Source of the DNA: Zygnema circumcarinatum SAG 698-1b
Taxonomy: Eukaryota; Plantae; Zygnematophyceae
Reading direction: 5' to 3'
DNA: 64,000 bases
Assembly (NCBI GenBank): GCA_037447605.1
Contig: CM074809.1
Location: forward strand, 3,090,689 to 3,154,688
In this document: piece by piece, positions 41,501 through 50,999 of the stretch
How positions within the stretch are numbered: position 1 is the first letter of the stretch
Layout of the letters: the number at the start of each line of letters is the position of its first letter
The notes under the pieces: generated by a model
The model's input: the letters and a program-made list of their open reading frames with translations, nothing else
The model's database searches: none
What the model was told of the DNA's origin: nothing
Program-made: the position numbers and the translations under genes

Positions 41501-41648
41501 TGTCATTGTGGACAATGGCTATGGATACGGGGGCTATGGATATGGTGGGTATGGTTATGGTGGCGGCGGTTTCGGTGGGGGTGGTTTTGGCACAGGGCTC
41601 GTAGCGGGTGGATTGGGCGGATTACTCCTTGGCGATATTCTTTTTTAA
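38550..41648 (+). CDS. SRC2-like protein: N-terminal C2 domain, Pro/Tyr-rich middle, Gly-rich tail
   Basis: C2-like exons LELTLRGAE...DPFAVLHYG, IIIKVYD and GQLNVSLKM; PPAY repeats; terminal GLVAGGLGGLLLGDILF* typical of SRC2/BAP-like proteins. Later exons join in phase. Confidence 0.72.
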
Positions 41649-42746
41649 AAGGGAAATCGACGGTGCGTTTGTTGAGCGAAGCGGGGTCAAGCTGAAGATA
41701 GTTCATTATGAAACCAAATCAGTGATCTGTGTACAGAAAGTGAGCTCATCGTGATAAGGGCTGAGGAGCTCTGGAAACAGTGACTCTCTAAGTTCAGTGA
41801 AGTCTGTTGGAGACAATGTATGATAGTTAGGGGTAATCATTTTATAATGCAGGCGCCGCACTGTACAACAGGCGTGTCTAGTATTTGTTCCTTAACTGAT
41901 GAGAATGGCTGTAAAGCTTTCAGGAGGGTGACTGGTGTTCAAAGACGTGTCTCATTTTCTGTACAGTGTTGACAACTATTGAGCTCTAGACTCGTAATTG
42001 GAACCATATGATATGTGATCTGTGATATGCCTGCAGCAATTGTGCAGGTCGAGTGACATCTTAAGTGGTTTGCAAATTCTTCACTCAAACCCTTCCTAGA
42101 AAGTTTGCATCTGAGGTCGGTTGTTTTGGGGAGATGCGAGAGGCTGTGAGAGGGTGGCTGCGTTGGCTTCGTGAGTGGCCTAAAGGGAATCTGTGCCCCG
42201 TCACAACAGAAGTGAGAATGGGCACAGACTCTGTCCGATCACTTAATGGTGCTTTTGACAAAGGTAGTTTGTACGTTTTGAAAGATGAATCTTGTGATTT
42301 GGGATTTGCAGTCTGACAATTTGAGATCAGCGCTTGCCATTGCGCATTGATTTGTGCTCCATAATCCATGATTTCAGATGCGAGTACGTGCAATAGGTGC
42401 CTGATCTGCCATTGGCACTGATCCCCAATGTTCCTTAAGTTGAAACCAGCTGTGTGTTGTGTTGGCAATACAACACAGTAAGCAAATCTGAGTCGCTACA
42501 CACGCAAATGAAAATTCCCCAAAAAGAAAAAAGAGTGGTCACTAGCACTCTGTTTAACTGAGAATCCATGCCATGGAGCCCTCCGCCTCAACGCGCCACA
42601 GTTCAGTAGCAACATATATCCGCGTTACATAACTCCAGCGTTTCCCAGTACTGGACGCGCAGTTTCCATGTCCAACGTTCGTGTGGAACTGCCACCTCGG
42701 CTCCATGTGCAGACACGCAAGATGAAGCTTTGCAGAAGCTGCCGAA

Positions 42747-43182
42747 AGTCAAAAGCAGCCTTTGACCCCTTCGCGCCTTCTTGAGCGAAGCAGAAGACGT
42801 GGCTCTCGCCAGTGCGCACCCTCCGAAGCAGGCCATGCCGGGGAGAGGGAGGGAGGGGACGCGGCATGGCGGGGCATGGCGGAGGCTCCTGCCGTGGCTC
42901 GCTGTATATCCCTTCTGAGGAATCTCGAGCGAGGAACCGTGGGAAAGCAGAAGCTTAGAGCAGTTGCAAGCAAGATGTTTGCACGCGCAGACTCGCAGGG
43001 CTTTTCGAGGTTAAGCACGCTTTGCATTTCGCATACGAGTGGTTGGATGACTAGCTGGACATTTCATCGGGGAAACGTGTCAGGTGCAACGTTCAGCATG
43101 CAGGAATGCCGCTGCACCCTGGGAAGCCTATGCAGTCAGGCTTTGACCCCTGCGTTGACCTTCCCGTTGGAGGAAATTATAA
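42747..43182 (+). promoter_or_regulatory. Promoter of poly-Arg precursor gene: four W-boxes, ABRE-like cores and a TATA box
   Basis: AGTCAA at 42747, TTGACC at 42762, 43143 and 43155; GACGTGGC near 42796; AACGTGTC near 43073; TATAA at 43178-43182, about 119 nt before the ATG. Confidence 0.55.
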
Positions 43183-43296
43183 GACGGGGGGGGTGGGAGA
43201 GAGGACGGTGGAGGGGGGCGCCTTGGGAGGCCAATCCCTGTCCCTTTCCTTGGAAGGCGGGTTTGGTTCTGAAGGGAGAGAGGAACGGACTCGAAA

Positions 43297-43732
43297 ATGG
43301 CGAAGGGGAGGAGGTCCACAACTCTGAGAGGGCTTGCAGTGTTAGGGTTTTTGTTTGTATGGGGCGGATGGCTGGCTTCTGCACGTGTGAATCCTGATGC
43401 TGACAACAGCGGCCATGTGGCTGTGCTTGATGCGAAGCCGAGTGACGGCCACGGCGGGGTCGATGCTGCTGTGAGCAAAGCTGATGCCAAGGAGCGGCGA
43501 GATGAAGGCCATGGACTGAACGAGGCCAGCGATCAGCCACAAGGCGAGCAAGTGGACACATTATTTGGAGGTCGCGATCGCGGTTTCAGTCATGGTTACG
43601 GCGCTTACGGTCCTTGGCGCAGTCGTTTTGGGCGCAGTCCCCATAATGATGTGCAGGAAGTTGATGGGAGCATGCATTTGGATGACGACAGCAACATGTT
43701 AGATGACGTCGACATGGACCAAACTGAGCCTG

Positions 43733-43764
<32 letters not shown>

Positions 43765-44769
43765 TTCCGTCGCCGCCGTCGTCGTGATGCTGTGGAGGAT
43801 GATAAGGGTAAAGAGCTGGTGGACGAGAGCAGAGAAGAAAGTGATGTTGCCGGTGAGTTGGATGACGTTGCGAGTGACTGGGATGGAGTGGGGGACGCTG
43901 AGGATGAGCACATGGACCAAGAGGGAGGTGGGGGTCGCCGCCGCCGCCGTCGTCGTCGCCGCCGCCGCCGCCGCCGTGATGCTGTGGAAGATGGTGGGGG
44001 TAAGGAGCTGGTGGATGAGAGCAGAGAAGAAAGTGATGCTGCTAGTGAGTTGGATGATGTTGCGAGTGGATTTGATGGAGTGGGAGACGCTGAGGATGAG
44101 CACATGGACCAAGAGGGAGGTGGGGGTCGCCGCCGCCGCCGTCGTCGTCGCCGCCGCCGCCGCCGTGATGCTGTGGAGGATGGTGAGGGTAAGGAGCTGG
44201 TGGATGAGAGCAGAGAAGAAAGTGATGCTGCTAGTGAGTTGGATGATGTTGCGAGTGGATTTGATGGAGTGGGAGACGCTGAGGATGAGCACATGGACCA
44301 AGAGGGAGGTGGGGGTCGCCGCCGCCGCCGTCGTCGTCGCCGCCGCCGCCGCCGTGATGCTGTGGAGGATGGTGAGGGTAAAGAGCTGGTGGATGAGAGC
44401 AGAGAAGAAAGTGATGTTGCCGGTGAGTTGGATGACGTTGCGAGTGACTGGGATGGAGTGGGGGACGCTGAGGATGAGCACATGGACCAAGAGGGAGGTG
44501 GGGGTCGCCGCCGCAGCCGTCGTCGTCGCCGCCGCCGCCGCCGTGATGCTGTGGAGGATGGTGAGGGTAAGGAGCTGGTGGATGAGAGCAGAGAAGAAAG
44601 TGATGCTGCTAGTGAGTTGGATGATGTTGCGAGTGGATTTGATGGAGTGGGAGACGCTGAGGATGAGCACATGGACCAAGAGGGAGGTGGGGGTCGCCGC
44701 CGCCGCCGTCGTCGTCGCCGCCGCCGTCGCCGTGATGGAGTCGAGAGTGTGGATGGACGGAAGGACTAG
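43297..44769 (+). CDS. Secreted tandem-repeat precursor A: acidic spacers plus six poly-arginine cores; intronless
   Basis: 490-aa ORF with signal peptide MAKGRRSTTLRGLAVLGFLFVWGGWLASA. Five 63-64 aa units (189-192 bp) start at 43786, 43978, 44167, 44356 and 44545. Cores in order: R10FR6, R14, R13, R13, R3SR9, R13. The N-terminus is homologous to the gene at 51000-52553. Confidence 0.85.
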
Positions 44770-46416
44770 TCCTCTCCGCTCATCGGTTCTTGAGATCACA
44801 GGTTCGTTCTCTGGTTTTTGTAGTTTTGAGACAGGCAAATGAAGTCGTTTTAAAGTGGTCATTTTCAGAGTTCTTCTGTTATTCCTTTTTTGCCTCATCT
44901 AAATGACTTTCACCGAGTATGCATTGCACCGTCGATGGGAATTCTTTAGAGTTGTTCATAACGAGCTTCTGGCCTTAGGAGGGAAAGAGCAGGTGCTGTC
45001 GTACTGAGCATTCCCTCGTTTTGCTTTTGCAGGAGTTCAATGGCTTGTTCGAAAGGATTGGTGCATACAGCTCGATACCTGAAATCATCTGTACATAGGA
45101 GTTCATGATTTCTTAGGATTCCGTAGAAATGAGTTCCTACTTGCAGCAAACGGCAATCTCGGTAGGCATAGTTTTTTGTTTCTAGTTTTCTTTTGTTCGA
45201 GTTCCAGTGGTCTTGAAAGCAAGATGATAGACCTTTTTGTTCGCAGTAGCAGAAGTTTTGCAAGGGCTTTCGTTCATGGGGTCAATAGCTTTTGTTGTCC
45301 ACTGTTTCTATCTCGAATAAAGCCTACATTCTGCTGCTCTAAATTTCGTTCCGTTGTTGAAATCACTGTTTCTGCTTGCTGGAGTGTCCTTGTCAAGAGT
45401 GTGTAGAGACATTTTTATTGCTTTGGTTGTTGTACTGGCTTGAATTCGGATCAAGCGTTAGATTTTCTTTTTTTAGTACAGCTGGAAGCTTCTTGCATCA
45501 TTTCATAGCCCGTACACTATGTGTTAACAGACTCTTTGTGGTGGTGTTCTCCGTCATTTCATGCCTGCATTTCATCAACAGATCGCCCTTTCGTGCCTAG
45601 ATTTCCTCGACTGCAGGGATGTAGTCTAATGCCTTTTGATATCAAATGCAGTTTCCATGTTTGGCCAATTGGTCGAAGTAAACCGGCCGTTCAGAGCTCA
45701 GAAGTTGCGCTCCCCTCGAGTTTGCGTGATCCTTGTTGCACTCCCACGGATAAAAACCGTGGACGGGCAAAAAGGCAGAGGCTTCTTGGAAATTGGTTAA
45801 AAGAGCCATGCCCCACGCCAAAATATGACTTGATGAAAGAGGCCCTCCAATGGCAGTGACGCGCTTTCTTGACAGCCCTCCTTGTAATGCTCAAGCGCAC
45901 ATGGAGCTGACCCAATTTTTTGGGGACTGCTTAAAAGGGAAAGGAAATGTTGAGCAGGAAAGGGCCATCGGACACCTTCACAGCGCACGGGCTGAGCATT
46001 GCACTCAAAAATGCCACTGCGCGCCATTTTCATTCCGCTCGCTGCTAGGCCGGCGGGGCGATGGCAGGGGGGCGATTGATGGACGGCCCAAATCGCACAT
46101 GGCAACGCTGTGCGACCTCTGCCGTTCGATCCATCTTAGTATCGTGCACTATCGTGGAGGTACTCTGTTGGAGCGTCCGCTCGCGTCCGCTGAGATGGCG
46201 AACGGATGAGTACAACAACCCGCGATGGTGTACGATATCGCATCGATATTGTACCAATATTGTATTGGTGTGCTTAACCGGAACTGCTATTATTAGATTG
46301 TACGTATCGTATCGTATCGGAAAAGGCTCCCGATCATCCCCATCATTAGACACCCGTTTGACCAATTCCTCGTCATGCTCATTGTGTCCATGTACATGTG
46401 ATGGTATCACTTCCAT

Positions 46417-46472
46417 CGTGAGATCAGTGCCACTTCCATTCTTCAAAGGAGGGAAATGGCATTGATCTCACG
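46417..46472. repeat. 16-bp inverted repeat (hairpin), one mismatch
   Basis: CGTGAGATCAGTGCCA (46417-46432) versus TGGCATTGATCTCACG (46457-46472). Confidence 0.7.
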
Positions 46473-47265
46473 CATGGCGAGGCCATCAAATGTACATGGC
46501 CAAAAGTAGCATGGGGAACCACGACGAACTGGTCGCAAGGGACTTCAGCACACAAAAAAAAGCTATGAGCGGACTTGCATTCTTCCCGTTTGGTGATGGA
46601 AATGTTTGAAAAACCAAGCTCGCAAAACAAACAAGCCGTCGTCCAATAGAAGGTAAGCAAGCGAACAAGGAGGCAAAAGGCAAGGAGGGAGAGAGGGGGA
46701 GAGGGAGGAAGGGAGGCAGGCGCCAAACAGGAAGCAAGCGGCTAGTATTACAATTCGTCCGTACGTGTACGGTTTCGTTCGTACATGTCATATTTAGGGG
46801 GCAACCCGTTAAGGCGAAATCCCTTATTTGAAGAGGCCTGCTAATAGGCAACTAAAAAATCAGCTCCATTTGCTTCAAAAGAAGCTATGCATATCAATGA
46901 AGAGCAAGGACGCAAAAACATGAATTGCTTCCTTTTAAGCCCTTCTAGTTCTGAACCACTCTGCATTCAAACATGTACCAAGAAGCGTCCAACAATGACT
47001 CAGACGGATTCTAGTCGAACCAACTGCTTGAAAGATGGGGCTGAAATCCAATCAGGTTCTTAACACGGCATTCCAACTGCATGGGTGGGTAGCTGTGAGC
47101 AGTGAAAAATGCACTGTTACTCGCTCCCTGACATCGAAGATTCTTTCTAGTTCCCGGGAAGAATGTTCTGAAAGCTGAGCCTCAAAGCTGTTCAAGCAGG
47201 TCGTATTCTGTTAGAATTTATTTCTTTGCAAAAGTTTCCTTTCTGTACAAAACAAGTGCAGCCGC

Positions 47266-48039
47266 CTAGACACTGGCTTGGTAGCCCTTCTCCTCGAACC
47301 TTTCTTCACCGGACTTCTCCATTGTGGAATGACCACCCTTGCTCCGACCTGCAAGAGGTCTCCCATCTCCCACCCAAGCAATGAAGTCAAACTGACTTTT
47401 ATTGGAAAATGAAGCGAGGCAAATCTAGAACTCTTGACGATCTAGATTCAAATAAAGTATAACAGCAGCAGAACAACCGAAACGTTTCAATTTGTTTGCT
47501 TATTTTGTACGTGTTCCAAGTAGGGGAAGAAGCTAAACAAGAAGACGATAGCCTTTTCCACTCGCCAAAGAGTTGAAGTTATTGAACTGCACCTTCTGCA
47601 AGATGGATTTGGGCCTCGAGTGACTTGCCACCAGTGCCGCCCTTTACCACTGTTTCTCCGGACGCCACACGCTCCTCTAGCTCCTGCGGAAAACAAAAGG
47701 CAAAGAACTTCTAATGTTGCGTTTAGCGGACCTGTTTTATAGGTTGTTAGCACTCGTGCAGCCGGAGTTTACACGGTTTCGAGGCAATAACCAAAAAATT
47801 GAATCCCAGATCGTTATCACTGAAAAGACTCCCAATATATTAAAGCTGCTTCACCATGCTTGTAATATTATACTGAAAGAAATGAAAAGACGAAATAAGC
47901 ATACGGTATCAGACTCGAGCATCAACATAGTACTGCATGCCAGTATGTGGGAAAACCTTCACACCTTGCGCTTCTCTGGGTCCTTTGCCTGCTCCTTCAC
48001 CTCCTCAACAGACTGCAGAGTTTCTGTCATCTCAGCCAT
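47266..48039 (-). CDS. Em-like LEA group 1 (LEA_5) protein lacking the 20-mer repeat
   Basis: Exons 48039-47965 (75 nt), 47683-47593 (91 nt) and 47348-47266 give [82 protein letters not shown]. Confidence 0.88.
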
Positions 48040-48661
48040 GGCGTTCCTTCAACCAGAGAAAGCTATCTCCAACAACTGGCTGGTTTCTTTCTATTTTTCT
48101 TGCTAGCAGCTCTCTACTCCAACCTGCAAAGACCGAAACTGGAAAGCCTCAAAACTGGACATATCGCACTTCCAGTTACCCTTATTAACCTTCTGGCAGC
48201 TGTGAGGAAGCAGCTCTCGTCAGGCGCATGGCATGCAAGCGCAATCGAATGACGAAGCTTTCGCTCTTGCAGGAAGCAATTGGTTTAGGCGCTGCATGGG
48301 ATTGCTGACATGTCCATGCGCTACGCGGCCTCTGGGAAGTGCTTCTTTTCTTGCCACCTGGCCGGAGTCCCTATGGATGTACTGTATGCAAACAGGTTTG
48401 AACAGTTATAAGCATAGCGTACATGTCGAGGCGGGTTTTTAAAAAGCCTGGGCTTTCAAGAGCGTGGCAGATGTGCGAAGCTTTTAGCAACCTAATTGCT
48501 TACTGGGATGCGTCATCTTGGTCAAAAGTGAAGGCTACCAATCGTAAAGGCGAAGTGGATATCTTTCTGTTCACATTGCTGTTCTTCACCGGGTGAAGAT
48601 AACCCAACAGTATTCCTTTGCGGAGATAATGACAAGAGGCATTCTTGAAGCGAGTTTATCG
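48040..48661. promoter_or_regulatory. Divergent promoter between two Em genes, with RY motifs
   Basis: CATGCA at 48232, TGCATG at 48293, GCGTGGC near 48462, and GCCACCTGGC near 48352 (also present near 55845 upstream of another Em gene). Confidence 0.4.
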
Positions 48662-49782
48662 ATGGCTGCAGCTTTGAATGCCTGTAGCTATTTCACTAAC
48701 ACCGCTCGTTCAATAATTCCAAGAATAAATGCGTTTGTCTGCCCCCAAGTTGAACCTGCAGGAGTTCTCACCAGGTTTGCCTCAAAGAAAACCGATACCA
48801 CGGCCTTCCAGCATTCTGTGAATGAGGTGAAGGAGATGATGCAGGACCCGAAAGAGCTGAAGGTATGGGAATTCAGTGTTGCAACCAAGTTCAGACATAG
48901 TAACATAGAAAATCATGGACCATAGATACAAGCGCATGGCTTCGATAGTAAGAACAGCGACAAAATTTGAAGTATGTGAGAGTATGGCGGGGAGTAGCAC
49001 TTGATCAAATCAAGTAACGATTGAAATTTTGATTATGGCTGTAATTCAATCTAACACAATACTCGTTCGTCAATAAATCTTCGCTTATCCATTGACATTG
49101 TGTTACCGGCCCACTTTGGATTCTGCAGAACCTTGAGAAACTTGTGCAGGAAGGAAAGACGGTGGTGAAGGGTGGCACTGGCGGAAAGACGCTCGATGCA
49201 CAAATACGGCTGGCTGAAGGTGCTCCGCCTGCCCCTCACTCTCTGGTGTGTTTAACTTCGTGTGCACGAGTCTGGCTTTAAGTGACCTTGGGCTGATTAC
49301 CTTTCGCAATGGTTCCACAAACGAGTTATATCGTTTTGCAGCTGCAACCATTACTCATGCACGTCGGAATTTGAAGAGCAGCTCTGGACGTTCTTGTAAT
49401 CTTGACCTAGCGATACACAAGAATCACATTGCTTGATCAATGATTTTGCGACTGGGGAGTCTACTCTTGCCAGTGCAGCCAAGTCGTGTACGTTTGGTAA
49501 ATCGCAATTGTGTTTATCGAAACAACAAACAAAATTGTACATTTTAAAGTCCGTTGTGTTGAGCTGAGTTTGCTGAACATCAGAGAAGCGCTTCGATTGT
49601 GGGTAGGAAGAAGCCGGGGAGGCCATGCCCACTCGGAGTCTGGGTCTAAAGATTCAGAGGTTGGAAAGAAGGGAGGTGAGGCCCGTACAAAGGAGCTGGG
49701 GCCCGAAGGTTATGCAGACCTGGGGAAGAAGGGGGGGAAGGCTCGGGCGGACGAGCTCAATCCAGAAGATATTCAGAAATAG
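48662..49782 (+). CDS. Em-like LEA group 1 protein with N-terminal transit-peptide-like extension
   Basis: Exons 48662-48862, 49129-49219 (91 nt) and 49607-49782 give [103 protein letters not shown]...KKGGEARTKELGPEGYADLGKKGGKARADELNPEDIQK*. An alternative start exists at 48629. Confidence 0.82.
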
Positions 49783-50999
49783 GGAAGAAGAGAGGCTGCG
49801 CTAGAGGAGTTGGATCCGAATAATATTCGGGAACGGGGAAGGAATGAGGACATCCAGGCACAGGATCGTCGTGTGCTTGGACGAAAGAGAAAGAGGAGAG
49901 GCAGGAAGTGACAGATCTTAGGCACACAGAGGGGCAGAGATTACAATGCAGGTCTGATAAGGCAACGCAGACCAAGAATTGAAATACTGCTCGAGGGCTT
50001 CCGAGTGGTTGAAGGCGTCATTCGTTCGTTAGAAATTTCAAACAGCAAATGCAGGTTTACGACAGTACAATGTCTCCAATTCCAAACCAAAGCATTTGGT
50101 AAGAAAATGGAAGAAAGACAAGGTTTCAAAGTGGACAGTTTGAAAAAAAGAAAAGGTTGATGGAAAGGACGATGTCTCCCTCACTGCGCTGCTCCATTGT
50201 CAGCGGCACATGCTGATTGAAAAGACTGGAAAAAAATTCTACTTCCTTGCAATGCACCAAAATCACGATAATGATCTGCTATGTCTGACCAATTGAAAAG
50301 ACAGCATCTATATGGCAATGAGTGAAGAGTATGGTGCTGAGTGGATTTTAACAAAGAGTTGGCATAAATATTCATGCGACAATCTTCTGACTAACTTTCG
50401 TTCTTTCAGAAAAAAAAGTGTGATTTTGAGTGATGAGCAGTGTACATTAGGGGAGGAGAAAGGGAACATTTTATTTCGAGTAGCCAACAGATAGACAAAT
50501 TCTTGTTCCAAAAACTAATATCCGGCATAGACTAATATGTCTGCATGCTAGCCCCCACATCAAAATGGCTAGAGCAGAAATTAGGAATGAGGAAATCCTA
50601 TCGATTAAAAAGGTTACAGCCACAAAAAAGCTTCACTACTACTGACTTTTATCCACTTAAACGACGCTCACCTAAAGCCTAAACTCTTTCAACTTCGAGC
50701 ATCCATTCCTGCAAGCAGAATTACAAGCTCAACTCAGTAAGGCAAGAAACACCGGAATGGACGGACCTCAATATGACAACATGAGTAATTGACTATAGTA
50801 GATTATGGGAGCATTTCAACTCCTACAAACTTCAGGTCAGCTTTGGCAAGAACTGAAGTGCCTGCAAATAGAGGAATCACAACACAAGGTTTCACCTACA
50901 CCTATCAGAATATTCGACTCAACCATACTCAGGATAGGCATGTCTGGAACTTACCGTATTTCTTTACTGCTTAGGAAATCCCTTCTCAATCTTCTCCAG

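Noticed and set aside
43605-44898. Long overlapping ORFs in other frames and strands of precursor A (poly-Ala/Val, poly-Thr/Ala, antisense poly-Arg)
   Set aside because: Shadow ORFs of a stop-poor tandem repeat. Only 43297-44769 has a signal peptide, a TATA box and a paralogue.
44946-45263. Minus-strand 105-aa ORF downstream of precursor A
   Set aside because: Non-ATG start, no recognisable motif, no linked exons.
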